A stretch of DNA of 64,000 bases, taken from positions 57,598,001 to 57,662,000 of the forward strand of contig NC_043005.1 of the NCBI RefSeq assembly GCF_006345805.1, read 5' to 3'. A model generated the notes under the pieces. The model searched no databases. It was not told where the DNA came from and saw only the letters and a program-made list of their open reading frames with translations. The DNA comes from Octopus sinensis. Its lineage: Eukaryota. Of this stretch, positions 26,938 through 39,260 are shown piece by piece (the first letter of the stretch is position 1; every line of letters starts with the position of its first letter). The position numbers and the translations under genes were made by a program.

Positions 26938-27192
26938 ATATATATATACCGTACATTCACACGTACGTATTTAACATCGTGCAAGTGCGTATGTGCGTAT
27001 CTTGTATGTGCTTGTGCGTAGTTAATGGCCAGTAATATCTCCTTTCACAATAAGAAAAGGCGTTTACCCACTAACACTACCGAAACGGAAATGAAGTTTC
27101 CGTCAGCAACTTCATTTCTCCAACACCATCGTCGTCGTCGTCGTCCTAGTCACCCACAGCTGCCATCATCATCATCGTCATCATCATCATCG

Positions 27193-27261
<69 letters not shown>

Positions 27262-27806
27262 CCATCACCATTATTATCATCATCGTCACCATCATCATCG
27301 TCAACGTCTAATGTTGTTGTTGTGTAGTTGTTGTTCTTGATATGAAGCTATTTAGGGCAGAATAGCATTTCATTTTCAAGAATATAATAGATTTATTTGT
27401 AAAAAAAAAAAAAGAAAAGCAAAACAAACTTTTAAAAAATACCATGCAAAAGCAGAAAATGAAAGCAAATGCAAAAGTTTCAGTTAAAAGACGTCGCGTG
27501 TTTGTGACTATTAAAGAAAGAGAATCTCTAGGCGGTATCAAATCGCTACGTCTTTGGATATATATACATTTTATTTCACCACAGAAAGTTTTCAATTTCT
27601 GATGGGAATACCAAACTTAACCCCAATGTTCTAAATTCCACAACTGATTTTCTAGTATCTAAAATATTCTTTTCTTTTTTTCTTCTTTTTCTAATCTCGC
27701 TTTCATATTGTACGTTGGTTTAAAAATGGATTCTTGATTATTGTTCTACTACTTCATTGCCTTCCGTAATATATTGCCACCTTTTCGTTTTGCCAGAGGT
27801 GGAACC

Positions 27807-27927
27807 TTAGTTTTCTTTCGCTTCATTTGGAAGGAACGTATTGTTTTTGTTGTCAAAATTCTGCTGCTTGGAGCTTTCGAGGTTGCTTTGGCTAGTGATA
27901 TACTGACAGGCATCACTGCTGCAGTAT
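27807..27927 (-). CDS. Candidate terminal exon of an unknown host gene
   Basis: Acceptor ttttttgcag; YCSSDACQYITSQSNLESSKQQNFDNKNNTFLPNEAKEN*; AATAAA downstream near 27395. Confidence 0.3.
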
Positions 27928-28139
27928 CTGCAAAAAATTTGTAGACAGAGAGGTGTATAAGTAGTCTTTTGACAGACGTCAGTTACCGTTTTTCTTCAGC
28001 TTCTTGCCCTCTCCCCCAAATTTCATGTCTTGTGCCTATCGTAGAAAGAATTATTACTGTAATTATTATTATCATCATCATCATCATCATCACATCATCA
28101 TCATCATCATCAATCATCATCAATCATCATCATCATCAT

Positions 28140-29130
28140 TATTGCCTCCGCCTTAGCGAAGGCAGAGGTATTGTTATCAGTCGTATTTGTATGTCAGTGG
28201 TCAAGATAACTCAAGAACTGCTGGATGGATTCGGATGAGACTTTCAGGGCCTCGTGATTGGCACAAACTGATTACATTTTGGTATCGATCCGGAACCGGA
28301 CAAAGATTCTGGATTATTTGTTATATTTACTTTACTTGAAGTATTACGATCCTACGTTGACTTTCAAGTCTTTCTCTGATTATCTTCCTTGAAAGCAAGC
28401 ACATGGTTTCCCCGTAAGCTATGGCAGCATTGCTATTTCCAAAGTTTCATTTTCGTTTCTCTATTATTAATTTTACTCGCGTCTCTATCTTAGAAACTGG
28501 TAGATAAAGAAATCAAGCTACATAAACAAACTCCTGCAAAACCGTTCAGAAATTAAAATAAAACTAACATATTCAGTAACAATAATAAATTTAATTTATC
28601 CTCTGCAATTTTTAGTTTTACCAATTTTGAATATATCGCTCCTCTTTAAAACTTCTTACCTACTTGACAATTGCATTTCTACCTCTGTCTTGAAGGAAAC
28701 TTTTTGTGCGCAACAATGTTGTTAAACCTCCGTTAACAGCATCTTTCTGTTTTCTTTCACGAACGGATTAATTTTCCACTATAGACCTGAATGGTCGTAA
28801 AGACACTATTTCAATGGATAGACTAAAAAAAAAGGCTTTCATAGAGGAAACTGTCCTTGTTCCCACTGCAGACGACACACACACAGCATTACAAACACGG
28901 TCCGCACGCCCACCTTTACATTCCATGACTACCATTGGGATTGATTAGGTACCGGACAAGAATTTTGGATTATTTTTCCGTTTTATTTTAAAACTTAATT
29001 TTTGAGAGCGGTCGGGTTCATTTTTAGTATTCTCGTTTGTGAGAGCAGTCGAGTTTATTTCAGATATTGCCTTTTTAAAAACCATCTCCGGTTAATTGTT
29101 AGCGGGGGTTTGCGCTCTCTGAGTGCTCTT
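28140..29130 (+). mobile_element. Helentron/DINE-like non-autonomous element with internal insertion
   Basis: cctccgcctt..aaggcagagg 5' inverted repeat, 3' hairpin gcgctctctgagtgc; related copy at 46195-46470. Confidence 0.65.
28690..28850 (+). pseudogene. Gypsy integrase C-terminal remnant
   Basis: FVRNNVVKPPL...TIDLNGRKDTISMDRLK. Confidence 0.6.
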
Positions 29131-29399
29131 GCCGTTGTTATCCTCTTCTCCTCCTCCCCATCCTCCTCCTCTTCCTCCTCCTCCTCCTCCTCATCATCAT
29201 CATTATGGTGGCTAAATGGAAGAATCGTCAGCACGCCGGGCGAACTGTTTAGCGGCATTTCGTCCATCCTTACATTCTGCCGAGGTCGACTTAACTTTTC
29301 ATCCTTTCAGGATCAATAAAATAAAGACTAGTTGAACACCATGGTCGATGTTATCGCCTTGCTCCTCATCACAAAAAAGCATGCAGAATGTCGAATAGT

Positions 29400-29930
29400 T
29401 GTGGACCCTTGAAACCCAAGCTGTTAGCGCACTGGGTCCTTGTTATAAATGAAGAAGACGGGCACTTTGGTACCAAACAGTGCCACCCATTCCGGTGGTT
29501 TCAATTCCAAAGATGCGGAATAGACTTTCCAGGATCTTCCTTATTTATATCTTTCACTCCATCTCTCTAGGGAATAAAGCTTCAGTTCTTTTGGTCTCTC
29601 CCAGTATCTCATCTGTTTCATCGAGCCACTCTTATTTGTGTAGTGACGCTGGATTGTCTTAAGTTCCACCACCAGTTTGACGCCCTGGGACGACTAGAGT
29701 TGGGAGCAGTAAGCCGAACGCCTGAGAACGAAAATTCTGCAAAGGAGTAGCATGGTATGCTTCTTCCTGATTCTGAACGATCTCAGAATCCATCCATGTT
29801 CTCGCCTGCACCGTGTTGCCTTCTTGGTAAAATACACATAGAATTTTGCATCATTACTCATGTAGATTCGCAGGTCGCACACCGACTCTAATTCTGGAAT
29901 TGCACTACCCTCTGGTCCTGTGTATTCCAA
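29400..29930 (-). pseudogene. Decayed CR1/L2 LINE RT C-terminus
   Basis: VCDLRIYMSND..GWILRSFR..YCSQL; similar to the 3913-4552 protein. Confidence 0.75.
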
Positions 29931-30319
29931 TTATTTTACATGTAATAAAACGCAATGTGCCCTGACGATGGAAAATCGTCTTATTCTATGATGGAATCTA
30001 TCTACAAACATTATTATGGACCTCCAAGCTTCCAGAAGCAGTTGTTGGATTTGTAATACTGTTCCTCATCCCCTTTGATTCTCTATATCATTTGTATTGT
30101 GTGCAAGTGGGACCTTTTTATATGTATACGTATATACATCTTTTGTATTTCATGTGTTTAATAAACATTATATATTGATCTGTCTAACTTGCTTATCCCT
30201 ACACACACACACACACAATACTAATATTTAACAATGGTTTCCCCCAATTGTGCACGCCCTATTTTCTATATTAATATTGTAGGCATTTTTGACGACACGG
30301 GTATGGTAGTATATACATT

Positions 30320-30354
<35 letters not shown>

Positions 30355-30373
30355 TCTATATATATATATTATT

Positions 30374-30427
<54 letters not shown>

Positions 30428-31695
30428 AGCAGTAATTATAACGATATATAATTTGGAGATTGTTCATCCTCAAAAATTTTTTTCCTTTTATGTTACAATT
30501 TCATACAGTATATTTCTATAGTTATTAGGCCCTACACGTATTTCCTTTGCACATATAATGTGTTGTTGCAAATACAACCGGGCATAATTTTCAGTACAGC
30601 TTTGTTCAGGGTCTATCCACCAGCTAGTCTCGAAGGAATTTACAGATTGAGTGACAACTCATAATTGTCACGGACGTTAAATACGAATCGATGCGGTTAA
30701 CCGTAACCTGGAACATAACCGAGATCGACCACAGTATCCACCCAGATAATATATCCCCTTAAACTCACAGTAATATGTTCGTATACATATACACACACAC
30801 ACACGGGCGCACGCACGTACGCACGCACGCGCACGTACGCACGTATGCATACACACACACACACGACTATTGGGGCCGTTAATAAAAATGTCAAAATTAC
30901 AGAAAAGTAAGAGCATTATCTTTAACACTTCCCAAATAATATGCAAATCTGATTACCCTATAATATGTACAACATGTTGTAGTCAATGGTCCAGTCGCTA
31001 TTCAACAGTATGTTATTTCCTACAATAAATATTCTCCATAATTTCACAGATTTTGTACATGTGTACGCATTCAAAACTTCTAAAATTTATGCGCATTTAC
31101 ACATGGGTACATGAAATTGTGAACATAATACAAACATGTTCTGAAGGTTTTCAACGGAGATCTGGTTTAGTTTAAGCAAAATATGTGCATTTGCAACATA
31201 TTTGACACATTCCATACAAAAGCTACAAATTTATTTTAACAGACATTATTATTCACATTCAATGCATAAATTCCCGAAGAACAATATTTCTTTGTATAGA
31301 TATGAAGCGGTAGCAACACACCTTGGCTTTCTTAAATTTCAATTTTCAAATTACTTCTGTCATTTGTTCTGCTTAAATCAAGAAATGCATGCTAAATAAG
31401 CTTAAAGTTGAATACACGATACCTCTTTGTAAGTTGAATATAAAAGGTAACAGGAATATAGTGGAACGTATGAAGTAGGATAATTAATAGTAGAGTTGAT
31501 GTATATTGAGATTCGCCAACACTACACCTGATTTTCTCCCCTCCATACACTGTTCACTTTCCAGACATTTGTACATTACTGCATATGCTTTATACGCTCT
31601 TTGACAAGTTGTGGTGCACCTGAGCTCTTTAAACAATAATTTCATTATTATTATTATTTTATTATTATATACAAACACATTCCACGTATTAAATA

Positions 31696-32220
31696 CTAGC
31701 AAGCATAGCCCGGCATAGCCCGGTATTGCCCGGGTATGTAAGAGCCCCTGGAGCAGACATGATGCTCGCTGTGAATTTTAAAAAAATTCCTGCCAATTTG
31801 TTAAAGATGTTGTCGAAAATATGTCATCTTGAATTTGAACGCGATTTCCCAAAATGGCATGATTTTATCGATTTTTTTCTGATGGTAAGGTATTGCATGG
31901 AAAACTAACGTCAGAATTAAGTTTCTTAGGGTAACATTAAGCTTCACCATGAGTTTGGTCAAAATCGATTGCATGTTGCGAAAACTACCGCAGAAAATGT
32001 GTTGCAAATAAAAAGCTTAGATTCTCGACCCCATGTCGAATTTATTAATATTTTTCAGAACTGGAGGAACTTTTCAAAATTTTCGCTGCGTTAGTTTTGA
32101 ATTATGACATTGGGCTATGTGTGTGTCAAGTTTCATCAGAATCGGTTGAAAGCCGTGGTCAGGGTGAGGGTACAACCTGACAGACACACAGACAGACAAA
32201 CTGCCGTTTATATATATAGA
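31696..32220 (-). mobile_element. Non-autonomous Helitron-like element
   Basis: Minus strand: 5' TC(TA)n, (TCTG)n, 3' cccgg hairpins then CTAG. Confidence 0.7.
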
Positions 32221-32939
32221 GATAAATTGATGACACGTCGCGTATAAGATACTAATTAGAATTAATTATGAGTAAAAGGAGAAAAATTAATTTGATCATT
32301 AGAATTTATGAGCATAAAAGCATTAGTTGAGCCTTATGAGACGAAGAAGAATGAAGCTTCGAATACAAGAAAATAAACAGAAGGACATGATCGAATAATT
32401 TAGAAAGTAGATCATATAAAGTGGGACAAATTCAACTGCTTCAAATGTTATACTCCTACAAAATGAAAATAATTGTAGAACATAAATAAATAACAGAAAG
32501 GGTCTTTCGACTATCAGATAAGCATAGTAGGTTGGCGCAAAGGAGAAATAGAAAGTTTTAACAGACCGAGCGGGAGGACAGACGAACGTAACCGGTATGG
32601 ATAACGGCTGGTCGGAAAAGGACGACAATGCCTTGGCCGAACAAAGATCAAGTGGTAGAAGGAAAGAGTTGTAGATGGCAGAGGGGTTAAAGAATAAGAG
32701 GGAGGGGCGGAAAGAGGGACTAAGGAATAAGAGAGAGGGAAAAGAAATCAGAGGGACTAAAGAATGTGAGGGGGAGAAGAGAGACAGAGAGAAGCAGAGA
32801 GGCAGAGAGAGAGAGAGAGAAAAAGGTACCAGGGAGACAAGCGAGTAAGGAAAGCAGAGAGAGGAGGGAAAAAGAAGGAATAAGCAATAAGAGAGAAGGA
32901 AAATGAAATCAGAGGAAATCAGGAGGGAAAGATAGAGAG

Positions 32940-33000
<61 letters not shown>

Positions 33001-33049
33001 AAAGCAGGGAAGGCCACCGATGTTATCCAAGGCAAAGGCAAAGGGGTCA

Positions 33050-33222
33050 ATACAGCTTGGCACCAGTGACGCCGCAACTCATTTCTACAGCTGAATAAAC
33101 TGGAGCAACGTGAAATAAAGTGTCTTTCTCAAGAACACAACGCGCAGCCCGGTCCGGGATTCGAACTCCCGACCTCACGGTCGTAAGTTCGATGCTTTAT
33201 CCACTGAGCAATCCGCCTTCAC
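33050..33222 (-). mobile_element. tRNA-derived SINE
   Basis: Reverse strand gctcagtgg A-box and gagttcgaatccc B-box; body shared with 54145-54275 and 56215-56355. Confidence 0.8.
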
Positions 33223-33229
33223 ACACACA

Positions 33230-33267
<38 letters not shown>

Positions 33268-33399
33268 ACACACACCACACACAGACATATGCATATCTAT
33301 ATATATACAAACATACATACAAAATCAATATACGCATATATACATTATACATACACACACACACACATACACACATCTCTTTAGAAACAACTGGCTAAG

Positions 33400-33890
33400 A
33401 AGGAAAGGACATCAGAATCAGCTGTGTGTTATATTGGAACCAAAAGCGGCCATTAAAATAGACCAGTAATCGTGAGAACCGATAAAGATCAAAAGAGGTG
33501 TAAGACAAGGATGTGAATTATGAACATACCCATTTAATTTTGACACCGAGTATATATGCATAGAGTCAAATGAGATCAATGAAATCACGGTTAATAGCAT
33601 TAACACAGGCGATGTAAGATGTATTGATAATACAGTATTATAAGCAAACAGAAATGGGAAATTACAAGAAACTGTTTATGTTGTGAAGGAACATTATGAT
33701 AAGAAAGGTAAAAGTATAACTATAGAACCAATACTAAACGCTGATTGAGTGAAACTCGAGCAAGCGAAAGATCTCAAGAATTTAGGACAATTAGTAAATC
33801 AGGAAAGACGCTGTGAAGAGCTGACACAAAGAATATAAAAAAAGGCTACCAAGAACATTAATAAGAATGAAAATGATCATCATTTCAAAA
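33400..33890 (+). pseudogene. RTE-like LINE RT remnant
   Basis: IKRGVRQGCEL..YPFNFDTEYI; KDLKNLGQLV. Confidence 0.65.
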
Positions 33891-34183
33891 GACATAATAC
33901 TGCTCCTATATGATCATCTGGCGCAGGCATGGTGGTGTGGTAAGTCCGCGGGTTCAGTCTCACTGCGTGGCACCTTAGGCAAGTGTCTTCTACTATAGCC
34001 TTGGGTCAACCAAAACCTTGTGAGTGGATTTGGTAGATGGAAACTGAAAGAGACCCAAATGTGTGTGTGTGTTGACAACCGGTATTGGTTTGTTTACGTC
34101 CCCATAACACAACGGTTTGGCAAAACAGACTGATAGAATAAGTACCAGGTGTATAAAAATAAATACTGGAGTCAATTCGTTCG

Positions 34184-34348
34184 ATTGTATCAGGGCATAG
34201 AAGCCACGAGAGACACTGCCTGGTATTGTAATAGGGCATAGAAGCCACGAGAGTCACTGCCTGGTATTGTAATAGGGTAGAAGCCACGAGAGTCACTGCC
34301 TGGTATTGTAATAGGGCATAGAAGCCACGAGAGTCACTGCCTGGTATT
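34184..34348. repeat. 41-bp minisatellite, 4 copies
   Basis: aagccacgagagtcactgcctggtattgtaatagggcatag at 34201, 34242, 34281, 34322. Confidence 0.95.
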
Positions 34349-34891
34349 TACTAAGATTAGTAAACTGTCAAATAATGCCAATTGCCTTCTATGGGGCAGG
34401 AATATAGGCAACGTGCATAACTGGACAGAAAAAGATAGAAACCTTTGAAATGCTCTCGTCTTTCACAGACGGGGCAGGATAAGTTGGAAGGACAGAGCGA
34501 TAAATGCTGGAGTAATACAAAAGCTGAAAGCTTAATGACACCTTTTCTTGAGAATGGAATCCACAAGCTATCATATTTTGACATACAATGCACCACGAGT
34601 CAAAGCCCAAGACCAACGTGACAGATAGTGTCCGGAGAAAGAGAGTGAAAAACCGCCAAAGTCGTTTGTGAATCGATGAAAGAAGAGCGTGGCTGATTGT
34701 ATGCATACAGCACAACACAGAAGGAACCGGAGTCTTGGCAAGCCGACCACTGGACAAAAGGAAAGTTTGGCTACATACACACACACACACTAAAAAAATA
34801 GGGAATTGAGTCGATAATAAAACCTGACTATATATGTTATATAGCTAACGGAACCGCGAAAGTAGTAAATTATCCAAAACGAGGGGTATAT

Positions 34892-34923
<32 letters not shown>

Positions 34924-34965
34924 CATACATATATATATATTATATATATATATATATTACATATA

Positions 34966-37900
34966 ACATGGAATGTTTATAAATCATATATCCGGTAAAT
35001 GGCGGGCTTTTTTACGAACTGCATGTCGGGTAATGAAAAGTATTCGGAATAAGTTTAACAATTAAGGATAATCTCTTAATAAGGGATCTTATTCCATGTG
35101 CTTGGCGGCCGGAGTGAGCAGTTGTCTGTTGTCTTCGCTACGTAAGGTTGGTAGTTTATTTAGGATGTATTCAGAATCAGTTTGCTGACGATCATTAGAC
35201 GTAAAGTTGAATGTGAAATCACGGTGATACAGAACTAAATTCATTTTTTTAAATGTCTTGTTTTGAAAAACTGCATTTGGGTATGATTAGTATAATTTTG
35301 GTAGTAATGACTTTGTCCCTCCTAGTGTGAGGCATTTATGTGTAATAATGCCCTCTATACAATATAGATATAATTAATTTGTTCAAAAGAAAAAAATTAT
35401 TTTCGAATTCTTTTCTTTTACGAGGTTTTCACGCTAGCTACCCGATAATTTCTTGTTAAGATCCCTTATTAAGAGTTATCCTTAATTGTTAAACTTATTC
35501 CGAAATACTTTTCATTACCCGACATGCAGTTCGTAAAAAAGCCCGCCATTTACCGGATAATGATTTATAAACATTCCATGTGCTTGCCGGAGTGAGCAGT
35601 TGTCTGTTTGTCTTCGCTACGTTAGGTTGGTAGTTTATTTATGATGTATTCAGAATCAGTTCTGCTGACGATCATTAGACGTAAAGTTGAATGTGAAATC
35701 ACGGTGATACAGAACTAAATTCATTTTTTTAAATGTCTTGCTTTGAAAAACTGCATTTGGGTATGATTAGTATAATTTTGGTAGTAATGACTTTGTCCCT
35801 CCTAGTGTGAGGCATTTATGGTAATAATGCCCCTTATACAATATAGATATAATTAATTTGTTCAAAAGAAAAAAATTATTTTCGAATTCTTTTCTTTTAC
35901 AGGTTTTCACGCTAGCTACCCGATAATTTCTTGTTAAGATCCCTTATTAAGAGATTATCCTTAATGTTAAACTTATTCCGAAATACTTTTCATTACCCGA
36001 CATGCAGTTCGTAAAAAAAGCCGCCATTTACCGGATATATGATTTATAAACATTCCATGTGCTTGGCCGGAGTGAGCAGTTGTCTGTTTGTCTTCGCTAC
36101 GTAAGGTTGGTAGTTTATTTATGATGTATTCAGAATCAGTTCTGCTGACGATCATTAGACGTAAAGTTGAATGTGAAATCACGGTGATACAGAAATAAAT
36201 TCATTTTTTTAAATGTCTTGCTTTGAAAAACTGCATTTGGGTATGATTAGTATAATTTTGGTAGTAATGACTTTGTCCCTCCTAGTGTGAGGCATTTATG
36301 TGTAATAATGCCCTCATACAATATAGATATAATTAATTTGTTCAAAAGAAAAAAATTATTTTCGAATTCTTTTCTTTTACGAGGTTTTCACGCTAGCTAC
36401 CCGATAATTTCTTGTTAAGATCCCTTATTAAGAGATTATCCTTAATTGTTAAACTTATTCCGAAATACTTTCATTACCCGACATGCAGTTCGTAAAAAGC
36501 CCGCCATTTACCGGATATATGATTTATAAACATTCCATGTGCTTGGCCGGAGTGAGCAGTTGTCTGTTTGTCTTCGCTACGTAAGGTTGGTAGTTATTTA
36601 TGATGTATTCAGAATCAGTTCTGCTGACGATCATTAGACGTAAAGTTGAATGTGAAATCACGGTGATACAGAACTAATTCATTTTTTTAAATGTCTTGCT
36701 TTGAAAAACTGCATTTGGGTATGATTAGTATAATTTGGTGTAGTAATGACCTTGTCCCTCCTAGTGTGAGGCATTTATGTGTAATAATGCCCTCTATACA
36801 ATATAGATATAATTAATTTGTTAAAAAGAAAAAAATTATTTTCGAATTCTTTTCTTTTACGAGGTTTTCACGCTAGCTACCCGATAATTTCTTGTAAGAT
36901 CCCTTATTAAGAGATTATCCTTAATTGTAAACTTATTCCGAAATACTTTTCATTACCGACATGCAGTTCGTAAAAAGCCCGCCATTTACGGATATATGAT
37001 TTATAAACATTCCATGTGCTTGGCCGGAGTGAGCAGTTGTCTGTTTGTCTTCGCTACGTAAGGTTGGTAGTTATTTATGATGTATTCAGAATCAGTTCTG
37101 CTGACGATCATTAGACGTAAGTGAATGTGAAATCACGGTGATACAGAACTAAATCATTTTTTAAATGTCTTGCTTTGAAAAACTGCATTTGGGTATGATT
37201 AGTAAATTTTGGTAGTAGTAGTAATGACTTTGTCCCTCCTAGTGTGAGGCATTTATGTGTAATAATGCCCTCTATACATATAGATATAATTAATTTGTTC
37301 AAAAGAAAAAAATTATTTTCGAATTCTTTTCTTTTACGAGGTTTTCACGCTAGGCACCCGATAATTTCTTGTTAAGATCCCTTATTAAGAGATTATCCTA
37401 ATTGTTAAACTTATTCCAAATACTTTTCATTACCCGACATGCAGTTCGTAAAAAAGCCCGCCATTTACCGGATATATGATTTATAAACATTCCATGTGCT
37501 TGGCCGGAGTGAGCAGTGTGTCTGTTTGTCTTCGCTACGTAAGGTGGTAGTTTATTTATGATGTATTCAGAATCAGTTCTGCTGACGATCATTAGACGTA
37601 AAGTTGAATGTGAAATCACGGGATACAGAACTAAATTCATTTTTTTAAATGTCTTGCTTTGAAAAACTGCATTTGGGTATGATTAGTATAATTTTGGTAG
37701 TAATGACTTTGTCCCTCCTAGTGTGAGGCATTTATGTGTGTAATAATGCCCTCTATACAATATAGATATAATTAATTTGTTCAAAAGAAAAAAATTATTT
37801 TCGAATTCTTTTCTTTTACGAGGTTTTCACGCTAGCTACCCGATAATTTCTTGTTAAGATCCCTTATTAAGAGATTATCCTTAATTGTTATTAAACTTAT

Positions 37901-38850
37901 TCCGAATACTTTCATTACCCGACATGCAGTTCGTAAAAAAGCCCGCCATTTACCGGATATATGATTTATAAACATTCCATGTGCTTGGCCGGAGTGAGCA
38001 GTTGTCTGTTTGTCTTCGCTACGTAAGGTTGGTAGTTTATTTATGATGTATTCAGAATCAGTTCTGCTGACGATCATTAGACGTAAAGTTGAATGTGAAA
38101 TCACGGTGATACAGAACTAAATTCATTTTTTTAAATGTCTTGCTTTGAAAAACTGCATTTGGGTATGATTAGTATAATTTTGGTAGTAATGACTTTGTCC
38201 CTCCTAGTGTGAGGCATTTATGTGTAATAATGCCCTCTATACAATATAGATATAATTAATTTGTTCAAAAGAAAAAAATTATTTTCGAATTCTTCTTTTA
38301 CGAGGTTTTCACGCTAGCTACCCGATAATTTCTTGTTAAGATCCCTTATTAAGAGATTATCCTTAATTGTTAAACTTATTCCAAATACTTTCATTACCCG
38401 ACATTGCAGTTCGTAAAAAAGCCCGCCATTTACCGGATATGTGATTTATAAACATTCCATGTGCTTGGCCGGAGTGAGCAGTTGTCTGTTTGTCTTCGCT
38501 ACGTAAGGTTGTAGTTTATTTATGATGTATTCAGAATCAGTTCTGCTGACGATCATTAGACGTAAAGTGAATGTGAAATCACGGTGATACAGAACTAAAT
38601 TCATTTTTTTAAATGTCTTGCTTTGAAAAACTGCATTTGGGTATGATTAGTAAATTTTGGTAGTAATGACTTTGTCCCTCCTAGTGTGAGGCATTTATGT
38701 GTAATAATGCCCTCTATACAATATAGATATAATTAATTTGTTCAAAAGAAAAAAATTATTTTCGAATTCTTTTCTTTTACGAGGTTTTCACGCTAGCTAC
38801 CCGATAATTTCTTGTTAAGATCCCTTATTAAGAGATTATCCTTAATTGTT

Positions 38851-38853
<3 letters not shown>
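34966..38853 (+). mobile_element. Retrozyme / PLE-like tandem array: inverted 5' fragment plus ~8 x 480-bp units
   Basis: CTGACGA cores at 35185, 35665, 36145, 36624, 37101, 37582, 38067, 38546; 34966-35091 is the reverse complement of part of the unit; (TA)n on both sides. Confidence 0.9.
35658..35716 (+). ncRNA. Type I hammerhead ribozyme (representative of the 8 array copies)
   Basis: agttctg CTGACGA t catt..aatg t GAAA tcac g gtga TA cagaact; predicted cleavage after 35709. Confidence 0.85.
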
Positions 38854-38902
<49 letters not shown>

Positions 38903-38921
38903 ATATAATATAGATCATCAG

Positions 38922-39260
38922 ACGCAGGCGTGGTGGTGTGGTAAGTTCTCGGGTTTAGTCCTACTGCGTGGCGCCTTAGGCAAGTGTTTTCTACTATAGC
39001 CTCGGGTCAACCAAAGCATTGTGAGTGGATTTGGTAGATGGAAACTGAAAGGGACCCAATCTATGTGTGTGTGTGTGTTGTGTATATATGTTGACAACCG
39101 GTGTTGGTTTGTTTACGTCCCCGTAACACATAGGTTTGGCAAAAGAGATCGATAGAATATGTTCCAGGAGTATAAAAATAAATACTGGGGTCGATTCGTT
39201 CGACTAAAATTCTTCAAGCCAGTGTCCAAGTATGGCTGTAGTTTAATGACAAACAAATAA
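38922..39260 (+). mobile_element. Family 3 composite SINE
   Basis: tRNA-like head, internal (TG)n and tail; closely related to 33920-34184. Confidence 0.85.

Noticed and set aside
32323-33063. 246-aa ORF
   Set aside because: Mostly (CT)n-derived low complexity; no domain
34184-34348. 41-bp repeats as a CRISPR array
   Set aside because: Head-to-tail minisatellite without spacers
34380-34770. Possible decayed PLE GIY-YIG segment
   Set aside because: Resemblance too weak to support by eye
35973-38104. Repeated small ORFs (MISHSTLRLM...) in the array
   Set aside because: Antisense to the ribozyme, broken differently in each unit, no recognisable motif
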